A stretch of DNA of 64,000 bases from a virus (Duplodnaviria; Caudoviricetes), in the IMG/VR virus record IMGVR_UViG_3300043480_000021, positions 5,422 to 69,421 of that record; one strand, 5' to 3'. Below are positions 18,058-25,793 of the stretch, one piece after another. The position numbers and the translations under genes were made by a program. The stretch's first letter is position 1; each line of letters begins with the position of its first letter. The notes beneath the pieces are model-generated. The model did not search any database and had not been told where the DNA came from. It saw only the letters and a list, made by a program, of their open reading frames with translations.

Positions 18058-18729
18058 TTACGCGCCTTTCTCGATCTCAGCGATCATCCACATCTTCCCG
18101 ACCCATCCGAGAACGTTACCGAGCTCGTCTTTATTGCAATAGGCCTCGCACCTCACCGAGACCACCGATTCGTCAGGCCGGATAACACGAAAGCGGTCGC
18201 TGAAGTCTGTACCGTCGCGGACCGATGACATCCAGTTCTCGACGACGGCCTCCCGGTAGTGGCCATGTATCGCGTTGCGCCAGTTAAAGCCCGTGATCTG
18301 CTCTAATTTGCGGCCGGTCATCACCAGAAACGCGGTATTGGCCCAAAGGACCGCGCCTTTCATATTGGCCTCGAAAAATGCGTCCTCGTCGCATTGCATG
18401 ATCGCTCGCCTGGCGGCCGTCTCCGTGGCGACGTGCGCGCGGATGCTGTCGAGGCTGGATCGGAGCCAGGTAATCTCTTCGATAAGGGTTTTACCGCTCT
18501 CGACCTTCATTTGCGCTTCAAGCCGGGCAACGACGTTCGGAGCGTCAAGAAATCGACCGCACCAGCGCTGTGCGGCCTTTAAGCGCTTATGACAGAACTT
18601 CAGATAACCACCGATCGCGCCGAGTCCGCCGAGGAAAAGTAAAACATAGCCATAGTACTCGGCCAGGGTTGCTATCAGCTTCGGGGTCGTTTCGGGAGTT
18701 GGTTCCAACATAATGTCCTTTCCGCTCAT
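18058..18729 (-). CDS. Membrane-anchored PAS-domain protein
   Basis: N-terminal TM (YYGYVLLFLGGLGAIGGYL), coiled coil, then PAS signature FFEANMKGAVLWANTAFLVMTGRKLEQITGFNWRNAIH...FRVIRPDESVVSVRCEAYCNKDELGNVLGWVGKM. Start placed at MSGKD, just after the upstream stop. Confidence 0.8.
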   Translation of the reverse strand: MSGKDIMLEPTPETTPKLIATLAEYYGYVLLFLGGLGAIGGYLKFCHKRLKAAQRWCGRFLDAPNVVARLEAQMKVESGKTLIEEITWLRSSLDSIRAHVATETAARRAIMQCDEDAFFEANMKGAVLWANTAFLVMTGRKLEQITGFNWRNAIHGHYREAVVENWMSSVRDGTDFSDRFRVIRPDESVVSVRCEAYCNKDELGNVLGWVGKMWMIAEIEKGA

Positions 18730-18734
18730 AAAAC

Positions 18735-19319
18735 TTAATCCGCGGCCCACGCCGGAATGACCGCCTCGGGCCGATAGTTAGACCCGAGCAGCGCCTTCAG
18801 GCCGGCGCCGGCGAGAACGCCCAGCACCATCTCGGCCGCCCTCTTGATCCCGCTCAGGATCTTCTGGAAAATGTTCTTTTTCGGCTTCATGAGCTGCAGC
18901 TGCATCCACGCGATAAAGTCCTGCTGGATCTTGATCATCCCCTGCAGGAGAAGCTCGAGCTGCTTATGCGCGTCGATCTCCTGGTTCTTGATGGCGAGGA
19001 CACGGTCGAAGCTTCCTATCAGCACGGTCGCGACGGCGCGCTCGGCACGGCTTGCGCCCTGGGCTTCGGCGGCTTTAACCGCAGCTTCCCGAAGGGCTAA
19101 TACCTCGTCGAAAGCCTTATTAGAATCGTCGACATAGGTCTGGTCGACCACGACCGGATTGTTAACATCCGGCGGAACCGGGATAAGCCTTGCACCGGGC
19201 TCGGTTTGACCGGCGGAGGTTTGAATTAGCGTAATTAGCATTACGTACAGCATCAGCATAGCGCCGAGCTGCGTCCGCAGCCTCGTTCTTCGTGTCGGTT
19301 TCAGTTTTTGCAGCTTCAT
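18735..19319 (-). CDS. Secreted coiled-coil protein overlapping the spanin-like gene (o-spanin analogue?)
   Basis: Basic n-region plus hydrophobic h-region signal peptide, coiled coil, hydrophobic C-terminal segment LGVLAGAGLKALLG. It overlaps the upstream gene by 158 nt in another frame, as in Rz/Rz1 pairs. Confidence 0.5.
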   Translation of the reverse strand: MKLQKLKPTRRTRLRTQLGAMLMLYVMLITLIQTSAGQTEPGARLIPVPPDVNNPVVVDQTYVDDSNKAFDEVLALREAAVKAAEAQGASRAERAVATVLIGSFDRVLAIKNQEIDAHKQLELLLQGMIKIQQDFIAWMQLQLMKPKKNIFQKILSGIKRAAEMVLGVLAGAGLKALLGSNYRPEAVIPAWAAD

Positions 19320-19593
19320 GGTCTTTCCTGTTCTCCTCGAGGATCGCGCTCTCTGCCGCGTCCTCTTTCTCCAGCTCGTGGATCACTCCCTCCTGGGTTT
19401 CAATGGCCTGCCCTTGCGCGTTCACATTCGCCTGGAACTCGCTCATCTTTTTGTTGGTGAAAAATCCGTCTATCCCGCCAAAGATGGCGCCCAAGACAGC
19501 GCAGATGATGACGAAAACAAGGACCACGACGGCGACTCCGATCCCGATCTGCCAACCACCGGATAACTTTTTAAATCTCGTGGCCAATTTCAT
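19162..19593 (-). CDS. Rz-like inner-membrane spanin candidate
   Basis: N-terminal TM (WQIGIGVAVVVLVFVIICAVLGAIF), long periplasmic coiled coil, two C-terminal Cys; directly downstream of the endolysin candidate. Confidence 0.6.
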   Translation of the reverse strand: MKLATRFKKLSGGWQIGIGVAVVVLVFVIICAVLGAIFGGIDGFFTNKKMSEFQANVNAQGQAIETQEGVIHELEKEDAAESAILEENRKDHEAAKTETDTKNEAADAARRYADAVRNANYANSNLRRSNRARCKAYPGSAGC

Positions 19594-19608
19594 TTCGCGG
19601 TTTCCTCC

Positions 19609-20928
19609 TTAACCAGCTTCGGGCTCGAACGCTTCTTGGTTCGGATTTATAGGAGCCAAAGCGGCCGCGACTGCCGCCCTACGCTCGCCGTTGCCAAACA
19701 CTTCGGGCATCGCCGTAGGTATGAGGTTGTGGGTCGTCGGGTTTTGCCATGAGTTCTGGCACATAGCTATGATCTCGAGGACCTTTTGACGCTGGGTGAT
19801 GATCAGGTAGATGACCAGCGACGCGGTGACGATCGTTCCGACGCCCAGGAGTATCTGAAGATGCGGAGGCAAATTCATTACCCAGGTTATCGCCGTCAGG
19901 AGCATTCCCCCGCCCGGGATCGCCGACAGCCACTTCAATCTGCCGAGCTGCGGAAGAAACACCGGTACGTTCTTTTGCTCGAACGTGCTGGTCGTCGCCG
20001 TCATAGTCTTTTCAACGGTTCCGTCGTCTTTTTCGGTTACGGACTCCGTAAACTCGCCAAGCGGCGCGTCCTCGCCGGGTTCGCCACCCACTCCCATGGG
20101 AGCGGCCTCGAAGGTTGCCGCGTGAGGATCTTCGTCGCCAATGATGCCGGCGTTCAGAATGTCGTCTTCGTCGTCGAGCTCGGCGATCGCGGCCTGAACC
20201 GCGGCTACCGATAACGGCTTGCGCTCGTCGACGAACGAAACGGCTGCCTTGACCTTCGGAACGTTGACGAAATGCTGCGCCTGGTACCGCATATCCGCGG
20301 CGGTGTCGAATTCGTTCTCCTCGAGTTCGAGGATGTGATTGAACTCGGCCTGCGTCAGGAGAATGTACGGGATATTTCCAACGCCAACATTGAACTGCTT
20401 CGTCGCCCTGCGCTGTATACCGAGAGGTACGTCCACACCGAGGGCGTCGCCGACAAAGGTAATAAATTCCGCGAATTGTTTGCGCGGGCACGTCTGGCAG
20501 CCGCGGCTTCCCGTTGTGCGATCGCCGCCGGCGTGGATATTGATCGCCGTTCCCATCGACTCGTAGAGCTGTCCGGACCTAATCGATTTCCGGTAGCATT
20601 TCAGCTGTTGCGCGGGATTATTCGGCCGAAGGGCAACGTAACGCTTCCCGTTCTCGCTGATGTGGTGATAGGACATTTTGAAGAAATGAACGCCGGTCCG
20701 GAGGATCGCCACTTCGGTCGCGCCGACGGCAAACATGCTCGGATCCGCATTCCAGTTAAAAGCCTTGATCGTGTCCGCCTTTCGGCTATACCAAAAGCCT
20801 TCGTCGTCGAACCAGTTAATGCCGGCGTTCCTGATCGCGAGGCCGATGCACTCGTAGTTTTTCCAATCGTCTCCGAAAAAGTAGCGGTAAATTTTTTCTG
20901 CCGATGAACGGCGTAAAGCTGGTCTCAA
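19609..20928 (-). CDS. Endolysin candidate: YkuD/L,D-transpeptidase-like catalytic domain + acidic linker + two C-terminal TM helices
   Basis: Motif INIHAGGDRTTGSRGCQT (H...S-x-G-C) near 20490-20545. Hydrophobic segments LSAIPGGGMLLTAITWVM and LQILLGVGTIVTASLVIYLII. First gene of the lysis cluster. Confidence 0.6.
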   Translation of the reverse strand: MRPALRRSSAEKIYRYFFGDDWKNYECIGLAIRNAGINWFDDEGFWYSRKADTIKAFNWNADPSMFAVGATEVAILRTGVHFFKMSYHHISENGKRYVALRPNNPAQQLKCYRKSIRSGQLYESMGTAINIHAGGDRTTGSRGCQTCPRKQFAEFITFVGDALGVDVPLGIQRRATKQFNVGVGNIPYILLTQAEFNHILELEENEFDTAADMRYQAQHFVNVPKVKAAVSFVDERKPLSVAAVQAAIAELDDEDDILNAGIIGDEDPHAATFEAAPMGVGGEPGEDAPLGEFTESVTEKDDGTVEKTMTATTSTFEQKNVPVFLPQLGRLKWLSAIPGGGMLLTAITWVMNLPPHLQILLGVGTIVTASLVIYLIITQRQKVLEIIAMCQNSWQNPTTHNLIPTAMPEVFGNGERRAAVAAALAPINPNQEAFEPEAG

Positions 20929-20968
20929 TGTCTAAAACCTCCAAAACTAACTGCCTTTAACGCTTCAT

Positions 20969-22240
20969 TTACGCGTTAACCTGGTACGTAAAAGTGAAAT
21001 ACATGTCTTGTCTCGAAACATCAGCGGCCATCCATTGCATAGACGCCCCCTCATTTGCGTTGTCCGCCAAGATGGCGGCACCGAGCCCTGCGACGCCCGG
21101 ACTGAACGCAACACCCGCACATTGCTCTGCCCCGGCTAAACTCGTCGAAACAGGCAGCGAAATGCCCAAAAGCGTATTACCGGCAGCTGTCGGGTCGACT
21201 GTGACCCTGCCGGAGACCGTAACAGCATCCCCCACGCGCAACCATTGACACATATACGGCGTAGAAGCGGCAATATTAAGCGTGTCGAAAAGTGTCGGGT
21301 TATAAGTGCCGTAGTTTGAGCCTACGATCGAATTGCCGTTCAGCGAGATGTCACCGCCTGAAGTGAACTCAAGATTTGCATCGGCGTGAATTTGAACCTT
21401 ACCGGTTAGGGCATCGATTTTAATGTCATTTACCGGGTCCGTCGCGACGTTTTCGATAAATCCGCCAACTAAGGTTTCTCTCGTCACGGTCTTGACCGTT
21501 GGCGAGGCGGTTACTACCGAATCAGTCCAATCCGCTTCATAAGGAGAATCCGGCATGTCACTGGAAGCATTAACAACGGTCCCGAGGTCATCACGGATTT
21601 CCCACACACCGCTACCTTCAAAATTCCCAATAATGGCGCTTATCTCGTCGCCGGTTCCAGTAGAGTTATAGACGGGTAGGCCGTTATAGGAATGCGTAAA
21701 ATGATAACCACCCGCGCCAAGCCCGGTTACCACTACATCGGTCTGCTTAACCCAGAACTCATCGGTCGGAGCCACCGCTACCGCTTCTTCAGCGGGAGAG
21801 AGGGGAACTGACTCAGGGCCTTGTACCTGTTCCGGCGTAACGGAATACGCAGTCTCAGCAACGGCAACCGCGGGAACGGGGAGCGCTCCGCCGCCGAATA
21901 CCGCCCACACGCCGAGCCATGGATGCTCCACGTCGTCGCTGGTATATTTCCTTACCGCGCCGCCGTATATGGCCCACGATGCGCCTTCATTCACAAGGGA
22001 ATTAACCAAAGGGGCGTCATCTTCGCCGACGAGGTTATAATATGGCTTGTTGTTGGATTCCCCTCTGTAGGTGTACGTGCCTCTTACTGCCGCTGTACCC
22101 GCGAGAGTTACTTCCACGGCATTCTGCACTGCAATAAGCTTTACGCCCGGATCCAATGCCGGAACAGTGTCGAGCAGGTTAACCGCTCCCGCCAAGTTGG
22201 CCGCTATTTGAGCGGCGGTAGTTTTTTTATTTCCGAGCAT
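20969..22240 (-). CDS. Tail fiber / receptor-binding protein
   Basis: 423 aa, beta-rich. Two similar internal modules (TYTYRGESNNKPYYN.../GYHFTHSYNGLPVYN...) and a fiber-tip-like C-terminus (GTYNPTL...WLRVGDAVTVSGRV...FTFTYQV). Confidence 0.65.
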   Translation of the reverse strand: MLGNKKTTAAQIAANLAGAVNLLDTVPALDPGVKLIAVQNAVEVTLAGTAAVRGTYTYRGESNNKPYYNLVGEDDAPLVNSLVNEGASWAIYGGAVRKYTSDDVEHPWLGVWAVFGGGALPVPAVAVAETAYSVTPEQVQGPESVPLSPAEEAVAVAPTDEFWVKQTDVVVTGLGAGGYHFTHSYNGLPVYNSTGTGDEISAIIGNFEGSGVWEIRDDLGTVVNASSDMPDSPYEADWTDSVVTASPTVKTVTRETLVGGFIENVATDPVNDIKIDALTGKVQIHADANLEFTSGGDISLNGNSIVGSNYGTYNPTLFDTLNIAASTPYMCQWLRVGDAVTVSGRVTVDPTAAGNTLLGISLPVSTSLAGAEQCAGVAFSPGVAGLGAAILADNANEGASMQWMAADVSRQDMYFTFTYQVNA

Positions 22241-22243
22241 TGT

Positions 22244-22570
22244 CTATCCTCCGATAACCGCAAATTTAATGTCGATCTCTGTCGTGGTATGCAGAAAGGT
22301 CGTTCCCGCATCGAGGCGCTCCCCGCCCTCGGCCCTCGCGAAATCGAAAGAATCCGCGATGCCGCCCGCGCCGATCTGTAATCCTTCCGTCCCGTCGACG
22401 GGCGGGAGCGTGGAATCGTTCAAATTGATATAGAACGTTTCGGCCGGGTTGGCCGGGTATAAAGTAAGTTGGTCGGTGCCGTTGTTGCGCCCGATATAAC
22501 CCGCGGCGATCAGCAAAGGCATTAACGCTTCGGTACCGTCTACAGTGATGATTCCTGTTTTCTGTGGCAT
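22244..22570 (-). CDS. Hypothetical virion protein (108 aa)
   Basis: MPQKTGIITVDG..., beta-rich, in the tail region; stop 3 nt before the next start. Confidence 0.55.
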   Translation of the reverse strand: MPQKTGIITVDGTEALMPLLIAAGYIGRNNGTDQLTLYPANPAETFYINLNDSTLPPVDGTEGLQIGAGGIADSFDFARAEGGERLDAGTTFLHTTTEIDIKFAVIGG

Positions 22571-22602
22571 AATTTTTCCTCTTTTTTCCTTAGACTTCTT
22601 CT

Positions 22603-23193
22603 CTAAATTGAGCCGGGCGTCATGCCGGCAGAAAGAACCGACGATGTTCCGCCGATCAGCCCGCCGGCTATCCCGGCCCACATATTCATCCTTTGCGCGG
22701 CGATCTGCCGCGCGATCTCGTCATAGCGTGAAGAACGGCTGTCGGCCGCGCCCATCAGGTTCATGCTGATATTGTCTCCCCGCGAAATAACCCCGCGCTC
22801 CATGTCGTTGGTCTCGTTGATATATCCCCGCCAGTCACCCTCGAGCTGCGCGGACGAGGCGCGCGCCTGGTCGGCTTTTAGCTGCGCGGTCTGCAGGCCG
22901 ATGGTCTTACCGTCGGCGTAGCGGTTGCCTATCGCCTGGATCCCGGTCGGCTGCGCGTTCCAGACGGCCTCCCGCTTGCGGTTCATAATGGCCTGGTTAG
23001 CGCTGTTACCGACGAAGTCGACAGCTCCGCCGATATTGCCGGTATCGATGGCTTTCCGCCGCTCGCCGATCCGGGCACTGTATGCCTTCGATTCCGGCGT
23101 GCCTTCCTGGAGCTGCGTTGCGAGTTTCAGGCGCTCCGCTTCCGCGGTCTTTGCCTGCGCTTCGTACTGGCGCTGTTTGTTTTTATTACCCAT
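22603..23193 (-). CDS. Putative small ejection (pilot) protein
   Basis: MGNKNKQRQYEAQ..., A/Q/G-rich helical protein with a Gly-rich hydrophobic C-terminus (WAGIAGGLIGGTSSVLSAG), as in podovirus DNA-transfer proteins. Confidence 0.5.
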   Translation of the reverse strand: MGNKNKQRQYEAQAKTAEAERLKLATQLQEGTPESKAYSARIGERRKAIDTGNIGGAVDFVGNSANQAIMNRKREAVWNAQPTGIQAIGNRYADGKTIGLQTAQLKADQARASSAQLEGDWRGYINETNDMERGVISRGDNISMNLMGAADSRSSRYDEIARQIAAQRMNMWAGIAGGLIGGTSSVLSAGMTPGSI

Positions 23194-23198
23194 AGGCC

Positions 23199-23257
23199 AA
23201 AAAGAAAAAGTCCCTTGTTTCCGGAGCTTCAAAAAGCAAAACTCCAGTAACAAAGGG
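23199..23257 (-). terminator. Long-stem intrinsic terminator-like hairpin
   Basis: CCCUUUGUU-A-CUGGAGUUU pairs with AAGCUCCGG-AAACAAGGG (G-U pairs valid only on the minus strand), followed by ACUUUUUCUUUUU. Confidence 0.65.
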
Positions 23258-23297
23258 CTTAAAACCGATTCGTCTAAACCTACTAAATTTTCAAAAT

Positions 23298-25568
23298 CTA
23301 ATTGACGGGGAAATTAGGGCTTTCCGGGCCGTCGTTCTTGCGATTATGGTTCAACACGTCTCCTAAGAGAAAAGTTTGGTCGAATTCATTATCGTCTTGT
23401 TCTTCGAGCTCGATAGAGATGACCACGAGGCCGTCCGGGTAATCCATCGTTTTGATGGATCGAATCGAGTCCATAATAAATTTATTTTGCGGAAAACGCA
23501 ATAGGGTTCCGTTTTCGAGCATTCGCTGCAGCGGGGTACCGTTCCCGATGTTTGCTATCTCCTGCACAAACCGGTGCGTCAGTGTGACCGGCGGGAGCGT
23601 TATCCCGCTCTCGAGCGTGACCTGGTATGCACGGTCGACCACGGAGAACTTTACCCTTTTGACGATCGACGGCCGGGCGCTTCCGTTAAACAGGCGATCG
23701 CCTTTCTTCAGCTCCATCGCGAGGAAGCGCTCGCGGGTGTCGAACCGCGTCGGCTCCCAAAACCAAGCGAAGCAGACCTGCCCTCCGCCCGGAGGAGGGG
23801 GCTCGATAACGCCGGTCCCGCCTTGCGTCGAGGCGTTCGGCATCGCTACGGGCAGCTGGCGGCGCGTGTTGTCCCAATTGTTCGCAGCCCATCGGCCGCG
23901 GTTGAGTGAGAGGCCCATCAGGTCGAGATAAAGACCGTTCGGCTCGCCCGCGAGGATCTCGATCATTACATTATCCGAATCGCCAAACGTTGGAACGGCG
24001 TCGAGAACAAGGCTCAGGCCGGGCGGGTCGCAATCCTGCACGGTCGTTGTAAAAGGCGGATCGGTCAAGTCGTTCAGGTTCGTCAGGATGATGGTTTTGC
24101 CGTTATGCTTCGCGTCGGAAAACCAGGGATTCGTGATAGTAATCGTATCGTCGACGAGAACGGCGTCCAGGACTTCGAGCGAAAGAGGCTCGGTCAAGCC
24201 CACGCGAAGCACGAGCTCGGTCGCTTGCACGTAGGATATCGAGTCCGGCATAGGGATGATCAGCTCCATGTTTCGCCAGTCCGCCTCGCCGTCCGCGATC
24301 AGGTCGTCGAGGTCATTGAGCAATGTGGCGGTGTAGGATTTTACGGTCCTGTCCGGATCCTGCGTCGGGAAGGTGGTTAAACCGGTATCGATCCGCTGAA
24401 CGGGATTATTGTCGGTGAACCGGGTATCGCCGTTCGGAACAACCCCGATGATCTCAACGTTCGCGCTCCCGATCTGCCGGTAAATTGTGTAAGTGAGCGT
24501 CGCCGGTACCGCCGGGCCCCAGGCGAGATTGTTATATACCTGGCCGGGTATATACGAGTTGGCATCCGGCGCGCTCGCCAGACTCTTGATATTCGAGAAA
24601 AAGGTGTATCCGCGGTCGGTCCGCGCGACGATCATGTACTTGGTGGTCGCGGTCGAGGCCGGCGAACCTACAACACCCGCGTCGACGGTGAATTCGTTGC
24701 CCGATAAGTACTCGAGGTTGCGATCGTCATTATTCCATATCCCGGCAAAGAAATTGCCGCGGACCTTGACGCCGGCGTGGGCCTTAGCGAGCTTGCAGAT
24801 GAAATACATCTCGCGCCCGCCGGTCATACCGTAAAGCGATGGAATGAAACTCGTGCCGGGCGTGTCTCCGGTGAAGTCGTCATTCCAGGTGCCGAGAAAG
24901 AAATCGAGCGTGTTCAGCCCGCCGATGGTCGCCCAGCCTTCAGTCCGCTTCCATGAAGGATCCTGAATATTTGTCGCGAAGTCGGCGTGCGTGGAGGATT
25001 TAAGCGCGTCGTTCGGGTTCGCGCCGCTAACAATGGAGTTAACCCGGCCGAGTTTCTGAAGACGAAAGCGGGCCTTCGCATTGCTAACGGTCGTAATGGC
25101 AGCGTCCGTAAGCTCTACCGAGCCCGGGCCGGTATAGGAGGCGATCGTCGTCACATGCTTCGCGCCGGCGGTGCCCGCGCCGTAGACGATGATCCTCGAG
25201 CCCACATCGCCCACTACAAAGGGATTGGAGGCGGTTGTGAACGTATTGTCGGCCGCGGTGATGGCGCCGTCGACCACGATCCGGGGATTAGGCTTTACGT
25301 GCGCGTAAACGTTCGCGCACTCCTGATTCTGATCGCCGACGGTCGCAGTCTTATGGAGACCGGTTTCGACCGAGTGCGAAAGGTCGGTATTTGTGAGGAT
25401 CTGCGTTATCGGCGGAGGAGTCGGAGGCGGACCCGTCGGAACTTCCGTCGATACCTGGTCCTGCAGGAGGGCGCCGGCGCCTCCGATCCGCGACTCGAGA
25501 CTATTCGTGCGGTTCTGTGCCTCGAGCTGAAGCTTTCGGAGTTCCTGTTCAGTATTGCCGATATTCAT
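23298..25568 (-). CDS. Tail-associated protein with C-terminal Hint (intein-like) domain
   Basis: 756 aa. After a PPPGGGG linker, the domain starts V-C-F (Cys at 23772-23774), has a TxxH-like VTLTHRF motif, and ends LLGDVLNHN (23343-23348), followed by RK and a short tail. Confidence 0.75.
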   Translation of the reverse strand: MNIGNTEQELRKLQLEAQNRTNSLESRIGGAGALLQDQVSTEVPTGPPPTPPPITQILTNTDLSHSVETGLHKTATVGDQNQECANVYAHVKPNPRIVVDGAITAADNTFTTASNPFVVGDVGSRIIVYGAGTAGAKHVTTIASYTGPGSVELTDAAITTVSNAKARFRLQKLGRVNSIVSGANPNDALKSSTHADFATNIQDPSWKRTEGWATIGGLNTLDFFLGTWNDDFTGDTPGTSFIPSLYGMTGGREMYFICKLAKAHAGVKVRGNFFAGIWNNDDRNLEYLSGNEFTVDAGVVGSPASTATTKYMIVARTDRGYTFFSNIKSLASAPDANSYIPGQVYNNLAWGPAVPATLTYTIYRQIGSANVEIIGVVPNGDTRFTDNNPVQRIDTGLTTFPTQDPDRTVKSYTATLLNDLDDLIADGEADWRNMELIIPMPDSISYVQATELVLRVGLTEPLSLEVLDAVLVDDTITITNPWFSDAKHNGKTIILTNLNDLTDPPFTTTVQDCDPPGLSLVLDAVPTFGDSDNVMIEILAGEPNGLYLDLMGLSLNRGRWAANNWDNTRRQLPVAMPNASTQGGTGVIEPPPPGGGQVCFAWFWEPTRFDTRERFLAMELKKGDRLFNGSARPSIVKRVKFSVVDRAYQVTLESGITLPPVTLTHRFVQEIANIGNGTPLQRMLENGTLLRFPQNKFIMDSIRSIKTMDYPDGLVVISIELEEQDDNEFDQTFLLGDVLNHNRKNDGPESPNFPVN

Positions 25569-25793
25569 GAATTAAAAAGTTTACAAATATGCAATTTCTG
25601 CAATTTTGTGTTGTTTCTCGTCCCTTTATGCTTGATCGGTTACGCTCACACTTGAAAAATAGAACGAAAACAACACCATAATTGAAAAATCTGTCGAAAA
25701 CGGCGTCATACTGGAAAGTGCATGCGTTTTCAAGAATCGTGCGATTCCGCGATTTTTACGATTTTTGGTGTTTTTCGCGTCTCTCATGCTTGC

